A stretch of 61,487 nt of DNA, the filler included, from Choristocarpus tenellus KU-1152 (taxonomy: Eukaryota; Protista; Phaeophyceae): NCBI GenBank assembly GCA_964200185.2. It is 11 parts of 11 records of this genome, joined end to end, with 100 filler letters (N's around TTAATTAATTAA, not from the genome) between each part and the next. Parts side by side here need not be neighbours in the genome. Positions count along the whole stretch, not along the records: positions 10,871 to 14,007 come from CAXNAD020022060.1; positions 14,108 to 19,140 come from CAXNAD020012108.1; positions 19,241 to 22,970 come from CAXNAD020018260.1; positions 23,071 to 28,400 come from CAXNAD020011132.1; 7 more parts are not named here. One strand, given 5' to 3'. Made by a program: the position numbers and the translations under genes. Positions within the stretch are counted from its first letter, which is position 1, and each line of letters begins with the position of its first letter. The notes under the pieces are model-generated. The model made no database searches. It had not been told where the DNA came from and saw only the letters and a program-made list of their open reading frames with translations. Below are positions 12,480 to 23,990 of this stretch, in pieces.

Positions 12480-13600
12480 GTTTTCGGTCAATCAAAACAT
12501 AATGATTTTGAATGGTTAATGGTCACATGCCTAAACAACAAATTGAAGAACCAGCACTCATTCCATATCTTCCCAACACTCTCATCCATTCTCACCACTG
12601 TAACATCCCAAGATGCCTCGCCTCCAGCCTTTCCTCCACTGTCCTCAGAAATTGCGCTTCCTCCATCACTGCCTTTTGGTCCATCCTTACCTCTTAATTT
12701 CATGTGTTTGGCTTTTGATGTTAGGTTTCCTAGCCTATCCACTCACCCTTGCTCAATCAGGACAGTCCTACTCCCAGCCATCTCTTTTCCCAGAAGATAA
12801 ACAAGAAAAGAAAACAAGTGGCAGGGCACACATTATTGAGGACTAACACAATGCCATCACCATCCTCATTCCGTCCTTCCTGTGAAACATTCCTAAAGCT
12901 CCACCTTGCATAAACATTTCAACAGAGTAATCAAAGAACACCCACTGACAACGACCTGTTTCTTCTGGAGTCTTGGTAGCACACTGAATGTCTTGCGGCC
13001 ATCACTTGCAGTTCCTCTCTCGCTTCTCATCTCCTCCTCCCAACTTATTGAATTTCGCTGAGATGTTTGGAATTCAAGCAGTTGCAGAGCTCTCTGAGGT
13101 TCTCGCTCTCACACACCGCCACATCTAGCATCCTCATCCGAAGAACCAGCCAGTTGATCCCCACTATCACCTCGCTAGGATTGCTTCCATAAGCCACGTA
13201 GGCAAAGCAAAATATGCTCGCAACAATATGCACTCAGTAATCCCATTGCGGGCAAAGTGGGAGCAAAGGACAGCATATCCCTCAGAAGGAATGTTGAAGC
13301 GAATTCTTGAAATCGGTTTGGCCACCTCGGTAATACATAGTGGTAGACTTGTCATGTACATGCTGGGCTCTAAGCCTTCCCTCTTGGTCCTGCCCACGGT
13401 TTAACTTCTTCACTTCAACCCTGATGTATTCTTCTCCAGCCAGTGCTTCCTCCCAGTCTCCTATTGAAGTTCACTTCAGGAGTTTTTCGAGCAAGATATT
13501 TTTTATCCTTGATCATTGCCCCCCACATACTCATCGAACTTTGATAGTAGATTAATTAGTGTCTGGTTCCTCATATCAGTGCTTCCATTTCCCGATTGAC
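12480..13600 (-). pseudogene. Degenerate copia gag-protease remnant
   Basis: Gag-like EGLEPSMYMT...NIPSEGYAVL; decayed zinc knuckle CLSSGKRDGWE*DCPD; protease-like ECWFFNLLFRHVT (cf. WxxDSGxSxHMT). Confidence 0.5.
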
Positions 13601-13936
13601 TTGCTGTATTACCAATTACATCTGCAGTATTTGCCACCATCCTTCTAATTTTGAACTCCCGCTGTCAATCCAATCAGTCTATGCAATAAACCTTCAAGAG
13701 CGATACATTAGAGAAACTTGTATGTCCTAGGGTGTAGATGCATATGTGTTGTATATTATCTGTGGAGGGAGAGTGGACATTGTCAACAACATGGGCTGGC
13801 TCAGCACTGCAATCACTCATCACCAATCAACCGTGACACCATCAACTCAACAATTACCAACAAAAGTATCCCTGCAACACTCAGACTCAATGTTCCAATA
13901 GAATCTATACCATACTCACAACTCACACAAATATCA

Positions 13937-14007
13937 GACCCAAAGTATCTTGGGGGAGGGGGGGGGGGGGGGGGGGGGTTTGTTTCTTTGTTGTTTGGGG
14001 GGGGGAG
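13937..14007. mobile_element. MITE family C terminus (TIR plus poly-G)
   Basis: GACCCAAAGTATCTTGGGGG(G)n running into a contig break. Confidence 0.75.
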
Positions 14008-14107
14008 NNNNNNNNNNNNNNNNNNNNNNNNNNNNNNNNNNNNNNNNNNNNTTAATTAATTAANNNNNNNNNNNNNNNNNNNNNNNNNNNNNNNNNNNNN
14101 NNNNNNN

Positions 14108-14174
14108 TTTTCCTGATTTTGACCCAAATGGACACCCTGGTGTAGACCCCCCCCCCCACCAGGCACTTTGGCCC
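14108..14174. mobile_element. MITE family C terminus (reverse orientation)
   Basis: ATTTTGACCCAAATGGACACCCTGGTGTAGA(C)n ACCAGGCACTTTGGCCC; same structure as 58543-58582. Confidence 0.8.
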
Positions 14175-14175
14175 T

Positions 14176-14266
14176 GAGCCAAACCAATTGAGAGGTAGGC
14201 AGGTTTGCCCCTTTTGCATTCTAAGCCATCCTTCTCACCCTGTGCAATATACCCTATTTCATTGCA
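14176..14266. mobile_element. MITE family B, partial, inverted relative to the 4779 copy
   Basis: GAGCCAAACCAATTGAGAGGTAGGCAGG followed by the reverse complement of ~4947-5010. Confidence 0.8.
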
Positions 14267-15399
14267 TTGTGTTGATTCTCACGTTCAACCTGGTTCAGGT
14301 TACTCATGGACAGATAAGTAGAGCATGATTTTCTAACCGTCACTTAAGGTGAACATTCTTTCTGAATAATTATATAGAACATAACTCCTTTGTGAGACAG
14401 ATAAAGAAAGGAGACAAGGCGTAGCTGTGTCGGGTAAAAGGGGGAAAAATAGTATTATCTAGTTCATAGGTATCCTACCCAATTCTTAACATAACCTATG
14501 TTTGATAGGTTATCACTCGAATAGGCAGAAACCAACATCCTATCCAATTGTTTGTATACTTTTAATAACTCAACGTTGTCGCCCAAACAGGTCAAAAAAA
14601 GATGATGCACTTGAGCAACCAACATCTCAAGGACATCTTTCTGACAATCCTTTGGGATGCAACCCAGTAGTTGACTGTCCTTCAACAGTTTGTTTCTCAA
14701 ATAGGCTAACTAATGATACACTTGAGTAATAAATATCTCAGCCACACCTTTCCAATATAATATTTTGGTTTCCTACCCAATAGTGAGCAATTCGATTATA
14801 AGTTATCACTAAGACAGGCCGAGCAATAAGACATACGCAACAAATACCTTCACCGGAGCTTTGCAACGCTTCTTTGGGATCCGACACATAACTTGACAAC
14901 GTGCAACAAGTTGTCACTCGAGCCGGCTGTCAAGAATTTGCTTTTTATTGTGGTGAACAAGTACAATACGTGAGACACATTCAGTTTGAGAAGGATGGGA
15001 TATAAGTATGGGTCGATAAGCTAGAACATGAAAAAGTTCAGGAATAGGAAATATTGTAGCAAATAATGTTTATGATTTGTGATTCGTGATCCACAGAATA
15101 GGATAGACTTGGTGGAAGAGACCCCCCCTTGGACTTGAAGACTCACTCCTGATTTTTCCTTCCTTACCTTATCGACAACCTGTCCACCCAATAAGTAATT
15201 AATAGAGTCATTCGTGTACAGAAGTCTTAGGAGAAATCAGCTTCTTTAACATGTAGCTAGGTTTAACATTTGAAGTGTGACAATTCCCATGGGTAGCGTG
15301 AATTGATTAGAGAAGGAGTCCCGATGGAGGTGGCTATTGTTAATAGCTTACATGCTATGACAAATGCGGAGTGTAGAAGGGACGGCATCATTAACAACA

Positions 15400-16080
15400 G
15401 TTGAAGAATGGTGGAGGGGAAGTCGAGTCCGGGTTCGAAGATGAAGATGAGGGGTCGGCTAGCAGAACGGTACACTGTGCAAGGACTGTAGAAGAGGGTC
15501 TGCAACAATTCATCCCACTCCCTGCGCAGTTCGTGGTGTACAACGATGACGATAACGTAGAAGCTTATCCAACATTTTAGATAACATTCTTACATGTGAT
15601 TCTACTGGTGGATGAACCAAGAGGGGAGTCCAAGAAGCCAGCATGGCTATGGCGGCTTTAGTCGTGGGTTTAGGTGGACTTGCACAACAAATAGCTGACA
15701 GCCATGATAGTCTTGTCCAAAGCGTTTGAGGCACTTAGGAATCATTTTTCTTGTAGCTTGATTACGAAAAGATACATTTGTAGTAAAGTTAAATTCTTTT
15801 CATCGTACTTGTAGGAGAAGATCCGACTCTTATTGTTATGCAGGTGAAAAAGTTAGTGAAGAAGAGGAGGTGGGTTGATGGTGAACCTAGCGAGGAGGCC
15901 CATTTAAGCGCAAAGCACAATTTTCTTACTGAGGAGTACTTTGTCGAGATAAGACAGGTTACTGGAGGAGGGCATGCAGCTAAACTCAATCTTTAATGCA
16001 GAGCTTGCGAAACTTACGGGATGCGAAAACGTCAATAAGAAAGACGAATGAGAAGTAATGGTGGGGGGCTGATAACAGAT
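15400..16080 (+). pseudogene. Degenerate copia gag remnant
   Basis: Stop-broken frames SKAFEALRNHFS... and GEDPTLIVMQVKKLVKK...EPSEEAHLSAKHNFLTEEY resemble UBN2-type gag. Confidence 0.45.
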
Positions 16081-17702
16081 GGAGCCCGTGCGAGAGGCGA
16101 GACTAAAGGGTGGCAAAAGGATCGATAACCGTGATGTGCGGACTGCTGACTGTGTAGAGGACTGCACTTTCAATCTTCTTCCCCTGTGTTATTTCTTCAC
16201 GTTCCGAATCTTACACAAGCACCTGCTATGTTTGGTGGAGGAGAGATGGACTGAGCCCTCCCTTTTAGTTCAAAATTTTCACACCATAGCCCCATAGGTC
16301 TGAAAAAACTCCCTGCCTTGACAAAAATGTTTGGGGTGCACTCCAAACTCATGGCCCTAGGGTTTGTAAAGAGTAATACTGTATCGCATGACGCGCTGTG
16401 CGCTATGTCAAATCCAAGTTGTCCCTTTCCACAACCCATATAAAGGGTGCCTGTATGCTGAAACAAACTACTGGTTCTTCAGGAAACTGTTGGTGGACTC
16501 ATCTAGAGGTCAAAGGGGTAAATGATGTGTGATATCGAGAGCCTCCCCCAAAGGAAATTACCTGAGACAGTGATGACGAGGTACGCACTTAAAAGAAGGT
16601 ATATATATCTTATTGGCCCCACCAATACAGGAGTATGTATGGTGTCGCTTAGTGAGCACATTAAACGTCCATAAGGGCCTTCTGTACGTGCTTGCCACAA
16701 ATCTCCCACTCTATAGAGGCTTTTATCGACTCGCAATCTGCCTTGTTTCAGAAGGAGTTCGATTATGGAAATAGACGCTCCCTTTCGAGACAACCCGATG
16801 AGGATGACCATCCAATATGTGTGCCCAAGGTGAGCGCCTATGGTGGTATACCGCCGTCTCAGAGTCCGTCAAAATCAAATCCACTCGTAAAAGACCGACT
16901 GGAATAATTCAACGATACCATTATGACCAATAGTACTTCCCACACCATGTGGTTACATGCAATAAAGGTGCATCACCATCTTCAAACATGTGTGTGCCCT
17001 GAGTTTGGCCCCCCCCCTCCACACACACACAACAAATCAACACTATGTGCTTATTATATGATTATGTTGAACATTTTGCCGTTTCCTGTACAAAAAAAAA
17101 ATCCTTTCCTTCACAATATAAATCAAGCTAAGCCATGTACTTTTTTGCACATATGCTAACCAAGGTATCCACAAGTGGTAGCATATTTTGCTGCAGTTGA
17201 CAGACGACGAACCGTCATCAAACAGTGGAACAAGTCCTGCTGTGCAAGAAGAAAGTCTTGCACGAGTCGTTATCTGTTTTTTTTATTAGGTGTACTTGTT
17301 TTACTCCGGTGCATAAAGATTAGGTTATTATTGATCTGCTACTTTGAAATAAGTTATTATGTAGATTCGTCCTATTGCTCTCCAAAATATACACATCCTA
17401 CCTTCGAAATTCGACATCTACTGCTTTCTTCGTATTTTCAAGGCAGACCCAAGGACATGCGAAAGGCTTGGCGAGGGCGATTCCCCTGTTCAGCAGAGAT
17501 GGACCTTCAAAAACCTTTCAGGAAACGTTCTGGACCTAAAGCTAGGAGTGATCTTTCTTCAAAAAGTGGGAAAATAGGATGGTGAATACGCCACCTTTCC
17601 CCAATAAAAATGTAGATACTTCACCGTTCTCCAACGAAACTATGTGATGTACACACACAGATGCGTACACTGAGTACCTAAGGGAAATTGATCTTGCTTT
17701 CA

Positions 17703-17985
17703 TAGTTAAAGTATCTTAGAGGGTAGAGCCACGTCAGTAGAGCCACGTCCGTTTGGGAACCAAAATCCAATTTTGCAATTTTGATTAAATTTTGGATTTT
17801 GTGTTTGTTAGGAAGTGTCAACATCCTTGTTCCGGACATGTACAAGATATGTACTCCAAAAATGTATACATTTTACCTACCCCGAAACACTTTGGTGTAG
17901 AAAAATGTCATAAAAAAATCGTGAGAAGCCAAGCCCCAAACGGACAAATAGGGCAAAATTCGTACCCTCTAAGATACTTTCTCTC
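17703..17985. mobile_element. MITE family A, full length, 4-bp TSD TTCA
   Basis: TTCA|TAGTTAAAGTATCTTAGAGGG ... CCCTCTAAGATACTTTCTCTC|TTCA; internal tandem duplication of GTAGAGCCACGTC. Confidence 0.9.
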
Positions 17986-19240
17986 TTCAGTATACTAATT
18001 TATCCACCCATATATTACTCTGATACTTTTGTGTGCAACGCAACGATGCTCTTTCATACACCTTGTGGTTGATACGAGGTTATTGATACTATGCTAACTT
18101 TAAGTACCTTCTTCTACGGCTTCATTCCAACATAATGTCAAATAAACATTTCCTCTCTAAAACGCCGCATGTACTGCGTTCTTCTCTTTTATTTTGAGGC
18201 CCATCCAACATAAGATTACGGCCTTAGTAAAGGCAATTCGCCTCTCATAAAGAGGCCAAAGTCGCCTTCTTTGTCGCCCGATATGTGCGGGAAAAAGAAC
18301 AGAGATGGTACAGATCCTTCTAGTGGGAAGGGAAAACTGTTAAAGAGATATCCCTCAGACAAAAAATATATATTACTTTTCCATTTTCCGGCTTTTATAA
18401 TCAGAGGCATACATTCCTCTTAAACATGTGTACGCTGAGCATATTAACTCAATGCTTCCTAGATGCTTACATTATTCTTGCGTACATACTGCAATACTTT
18501 AATGCACTATGCAGCAAAATCACTCAACAAAGTTTGTGGCTCATTATAAAGCCTTCCTCGTTTCTCTTTTTCACAGTCATCCTTCAACTTTTTATTTTGT
18601 TGACCAATTTTTTGTACCACATTCTTTGAGCTTGGTGATGAGGTATTCATAGCGTCAAGTACTCCATACATAGTGGACTTCTCGAAGTGTAAATGTTGTA
18701 GACATACTTGTTGACATCAATAATGCTAGGATATACTTCCAGGGAAGAACAACTATTTCTATGCACAAATCCCCATGTCTGGTTATTTGGGAACTGATTG
18801 CCTTAGGATGGGGAGGCTATATCCATGGCACTTCACATTTGTCAAGCAAACTCTGAAGAATGATCTGGGGATGGCTATCTCCCTCATTCAACTTCTAAAG
18901 TTCACCAGCATCCCGGTGAGCCATGCTGTGTGCTTAATATCTCTATGCCCCCTTATGAATATATGTGTCATTAGCAAATAGTTTTGAACGAAATTTCGTC
19001 TGGTGGGGGTCTAAGGTGAAGATGACTTCTACATTTTTATCCGGGATTTCACGGCCGTACTGTACTGTTACAGGCGCCCCTCAATGCTCACCTTCCAGGA
19101 TGTACAACTCAAATCCAACGACCTTAAAACAATGCTATGGNNNNNNNNNNNNNNNNNNNNNNNNNNNNNNNNNNNNNNNNNNNNTTAATTAATTAANNNN
19201 NNNNNNNNNNNNNNNNNNNNNNNNNNNNNNNNNNNNNNNN

Positions 19241-21684
19241 GGCGAGTACACGGAGAAGGTACATTCTTGGCCGAGAGGAAGAATTTGGGACGGGGGGGGG
19301 GGGGGTTGTGCATATTGATTGTTCTTTGCCTCGTTTTGAAGTATAGTAGTAACAGTTTGCAATCTATCTTGATAGTAACACACCATTAGGAGATGCAACT
19401 GGCGGGGGTCCGGAATGGCAGATGAAGGGCGCAGTGTGTGCTTGTGCTTCCTTGTTTATTGCCTTGCGGTGAGGGCGTGTGTGGGCCGATGGCACGAAAG
19501 TGATGCTTGCATGTGATATATATTTTGAGGTTGTTACGGGTTGCGTGGTGGTTTCATTTCGTGTTTTGTTGACGATAGTTTGTACCAGTTTGGAGTTTGA
19601 ATGGGGTGTGGCATTTGAAGGGGGAAAATAATGCCTGGAAGGCGGGAAAGGAATGGGTGAAGGTGTCTTCTGAGGTAGTTTCTAGAGCAAACCTGCCGCA
19701 GGCAATGCAGTTGGAACAATTTAGCCTCCTCGACAACTTCAGAATATGAACCCACCCAAAGGAAATGAAACCGTTCCCATCATCATGACATCTGTGTTTT
19801 TTTTTTGTGTGTGTGTGTGTGTATTGGGCTGCGGAAAATTGTGTTCTTTTTTTTGTGGAGTGCAGGCGGACCTGTGGAGTGTGGGGTGCATTACCTTCCA
19901 CCTTATTGCAGGGGAACCTGCATTTGAGTGCGAAAATGAGGTTGATACCATGCGGCGACTGCTGGCTGTGAGCTACTTCTGGCCCAAGGGATCCAAGGTT
20001 TCCAGGCACGTGAGGTGTTTTTTAGCAGTGTTTGGCGATGTCGCATTTGAATCATGTGTCAGCAGTGCATGGTGGCCTCAATTCTGTTAATGCTGCAAAA
20101 CTTACAGGGGAGGGGGGGTAGAAAAATTTAACAAGACTGTTCTTTGTCACCACTTTGTATCCTGGCTGTCTCCCCATTGGTAAAACTCTCTCTAGTTTTG
20201 CCCTCCACCAAAAATTGATCTCCCTAGAGTTGCCTGCAGCCCCACCCCCCCCCCCCCCCCCCCCCCCTCCCCCCCACTCCCCAACATTTTTCCAACATAA
20301 CCACCCATCACNNNNNNNNNNCCCCCCCCCCCCCCCCCCCATCCATTCATCCATCCGAAGACATTACTTTTTCAAAATGCAACTCCCGCAACAGCGAGGC
20401 AAAAATGTTTGTGTACAACCTCCTCAAGTTCGACCCACGTAAGCGGTGGACCTGCAAAGAGGCGATTAACTCTGCCTGGCTTTCCCGGTATGCCCCCGAT
20501 GGTGTTGATGGAGAGGCAGAAGGCGTTGGTAGCATCAACGGTGAAAGCACTTCTGGGGGTGCTGCCAACACCGGTGTGGGGGGAGGGCGCAACAGTCGCC
20601 CGGGGAGCTTGCAGCGAAGGATTGGAGGAAATGGTCAGACACAAAGTTGTGGTAAAGGAGATGAGTTGGATGATTTGCCTGACTCTTTGCCGGTCCTTCA
20701 AGGATCGGTGAGTGGACGTGTGGTTTCGAGCATGAGGGATTACACTTCATATGGATTCTTGAGGAAGGCCGCGTTGATGGTTGTGGCTTATAATCTAGCC
20801 CCTGAGAAGCTCAAGGATCTGCGTGCCGAGTTTACTGCCTTCGACACGGTGAGTTCTGGTCCTGGGGTGGGGTGAGGTTGGCTGGCAGGGGAGGGGGGGG
20901 ATCCTGAGGCAGATTCTGGGCATGTTTTGGTGAGCTGCCTGGGATTACAGAAGGAATTTTGTGGCAGACTGTTTTTGGCTATTGGATTTGGCCTGGAAAG
21001 TTGTATCATGGTGGAAGAGGATGAAGGGGTGTGGATAAAGAGATTTGGATGTAAGAGCAGGGGAGGGGGGTGAGGGAAGGAGTGAGTGAGTGAAGATTTT
21101 GCTATTATTGGCGTGGTGTTGTAACGTCAAATCAAATACGTGGAGTAAGTACATTTCTTTACTGCTGGACAATCTGTTCTGAGCGTACTTGTCCATGTAC
21201 CATATGTGATAATGTGTATATATATCAGATAGGCTAGATTGTGAGGATTGTTTTGATGGTTATTGATTACTTTGCGTATAGCGTCACAACATCTCCTCTA
21301 GTTCAAAGTCCCTCTCCCTGCTGCCCCCCCCCCCCCAGTGCTGTCTAGAGATATACCACAAAGTGTGTGCAGGGGGTGTTTGTTGTGTGTGTATGTTGCA
21401 GAGGGTTTGTTTGCTGTGAGGTTGGAGCATGAATTGTATCGTGTTGTGTGGTATGGAAGGAGAGGGTATTGCTCTGTGCACATACACACACACACACACA
21501 GAGAGACCATGCACACTCTTGCTCTATCTCTTCTGCCATTACAGTTGTATACGAGTGAAAGTATCTTAGGGTTAGGGTACGAGTTTTGCCCTATTTGTCC
21601 ATTTGAGGTTTGGCTTCCCATGTTTTTTTTAACGACTTTTTCCTACTCCAATATGTTAAGGAGTAGGTAAAATGTATATGTATT

Positions 21685-21755
<71 letters not shown>

Positions 21756-21908
21756 TTTGAAAGCACTTGTGCACTGAATTATGGGGCCATCTCGTGTATC
21801 TCTTAGGAGAAGAACGGCATTATCAGTCGCAGTGAGATGGAGATGGCCCTGAAGGAGAGGGGTGTCGATAAGGATGAGATGAAGGGCTTGTTCGCAAGTC
21901 TGGATGTG
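19241..21908 (+). CDS. Calcium-dependent protein kinase (CDPK-type), internal fragment
   Basis: Exons <19241-19258, 19866-~20005, ~20395-20848 and 21807-21908. Kinase subdomains IX-XI (YTEKADLWSVGCITFHLIAGEPAF; NLLKFDPRKRWTCKEAINSAWL), junction domain (SMRDYTSYGFLRKAALMVVA), EF-hand FDTEKNGIISRSEM and the start of a second EF-hand (LFASLDV). Confidence 0.92.
21553..21680. mobile_element. MITE family A, left half, in a CDPK intron, with TTAGGG inserted in the TIR
   Basis: GAGTGAAAGTATCTTAGGGTTAGGGTACGAG...; truncated just before a (CA)n tract. Confidence 0.88.
21686..21751. repeat. (CA)n microsatellite, ~33 units
   Basis: Uninterrupted AC repeat. Confidence 0.97.
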
Positions 21909-23070
21909 GTGAGTTCAACAAAATCAGACATTTTTTACCCCTGGCTTACAACCCTATATGCACATATTTCAAGCTGTATTCTGTACTGGTCTCAATGGCG
22001 TTGACATTGTCTAGCTAATTGGTTGGGACTGTTACTAATAGTGTCTCTACTGCTGTGTAGTTGGGTGATCTAGGTTTCTGGTTACCTGTATCGTAGATGA
22101 CAATTTTTGGGGAGGACAAGAATAGTGGAGGCGTTGCTGTGGTTGAAATGAGTTGGATGTCCTGGGTACCTGCAGCAGGAGGAGGGGTTAAGAAGTTTTG
22201 GTGCAGATGCATTTTTTAGGGTTTTTTTTATGCCATTTGCCATTGTTCATGACCTTTTGCTAAGTACGTAGCAGTAGTGGTCAATCTAGTATTTGATTGT
22301 ACAACAGTGTTCCAAGTCATTGCTCTCAGTGATTGCCGTAGCTCCAGAGTGTGGATAAGGGCTCCAGAGTGAGGACTTTTAGAAGGAGTAGATATCGATT
22401 TGATCTACTATCTGTTGTTCTCTCTTGTGGCTTTGAGTGCTACCCCAAGATGAGGGAATGTACGCGTGGATGTATGCGCAGAGCAGACAAGCATGTAAAA
22501 TTGAAACCGTGGAGAAGCTCTATTGGAACTCCGCAACTTGCTCATCATTGTCTTTTTTGTTTTTGCTCTGTGTGACCTCTCTAACCCTTTTTTTGACCTC
22601 CGCCAAAATGTGATTGTGTTGGCCTTCTTTTTATTTTTATTGCCACTGTGTTTGCTACCACCGTATGTTAGAAGCACAGTAGTGTGTTTTGTTTGCTGTG
22701 CTCGTAGCCCATGTGCGTCACAGAAGGGACTGAAAGGAATGAACGTTCTCGGAACGTTTCTGAAGCAGAAGAGTAGTAGCAATTTATCAAAACTTCCTTA
22801 CCGCTAAGTTGGGGTTACCCAACGAGATCTACCACTGAGGGCACCATAGTGCAGTGTCTGATCCTGAACATCTGTCCCTGGAAGCAATATTGGGGGGGGG
22901 GGTAAGGGAGAGAGAATGGGTGTGGTGTGGGATCCTGTCTACGTAAGAAACAGGCCTTTTTGGTTGTGATNNNNNNNNNNNNNNNNNNNNNNNNNNNNNN
23001 NNNNNNNNNNNNNNTTAATTAATTAANNNNNNNNNNNNNNNNNNNNNNNNNNNNNNNNNNNNNNNNNNNN

Positions 23071-23355
23071 GGGCACTTAAGCACCCTTCCTATGCGGGGG
23101 GGTCGACGGGGGGGTTACAATGCCGACGTTCTGACCCTCGACGTGCCTAGTTCTGGCCTCAAAATCACCCCAAAGACCCCTACTTTGACGGCTTGACGCA
23201 CCTCGAGTTTGTGGCTGATGATCCTCGACCCCCACCTTTTCCGAAAGTTGAGATTGTCGACTCGAGTCATTCTGTGGGGTTATCGTCCGATTCAGCGCCG
23301 TTCTCGCTCGGCAAGCCCAGATGTTTCGCGCCATAGACTTACGGCACAGAGGTAG
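23071..23355 (-). mobile_element. 5' end and TIR of the mariner family seen at 1400-2971
   Basis: 23071-23112 aligns with 2931-2971. The terminus reads TA|CTACCTCTGTGCCG on the minus strand, like the Stowaway/plant-mariner TA|CTCCCTCCGT end. Confidence 0.75.
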
Positions 23356-23504
23356 TACAATACATTCTACTTCATTGCTTTATGTTCACAATAGTGTACG
23401 CAATTAATATTCCCCCTTCACACACACAGAGTAACACCCCAAATCAGGAAAGGGTCTATTTGCAATTGTGCCAAATGACATATTTTTGCCCTTTCTCGGG
23501 ATCT

Positions 23505-23536
23505 GAGTGGAAGTATCTTAGAGGGTACGAGTTTTG
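23505..23536. mobile_element. MITE family A, isolated TIR fragment
   Basis: GAGTGGAAGTATCTTAGAGGGTACGAGTTTTG. Confidence 0.8.
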
Positions 23537-23546
23537 AATGCTGGAG

Positions 23547-23990
23547 AATATTATTTCAGTCATCCACTAATTCTGTGATGTAATGCAGGCATGCGTTCGC
23601 ATGAATGGTGGACAGAGTGAACAGACTGATTTGAGGTTTAACAGGGCCTTAGAAAAGGATGTTTTCCTGCTACTACCATCGTCTTCATAATCTTCATCGC
23701 AGTGCTTAGTGTAATGGTTAAGGACTTCACCTCTGACCCAACTGTATCTAAAAATCTCATTGTCATCAAGAGAGTGACCACAAACAAGGTCAGAGGAGGA
23801 GCAACAGGGTATGGAACAACACTTTAGCAGCTCCTGCGGGGCATGCTTTATGCTGACAATGCAGGCATTGTTTGAAAGTTGTAAGGATGTTCGGTCAGGA
23901 TAATGATAGTAATTGTGAAGGCCAGATCATTCAGAATGACCGTGTTAAAGCTGAAGATGGAGACCACGTGCCTTCAACCTCTCAATAAGG
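23547..23990 (+). pseudogene. RTE-clade LINE reverse transcriptase fragment
   Basis: IISVIH*FCDVMQACVRM..., QGLRKGC, LRGMLYADNAGIV, MIVIVKARSFRMTV...KMETTCLQ; contains stops and frameshifts. Confidence 0.85.

Noticed and set aside
16500-19140. Scattered exon-like segments (e.g. ~16717-16829, ~17443-17581, ~18848-18916)
   Set aside because: Splice signals are plausible, but no consistent reading frame or recognisable domain could be assembled.
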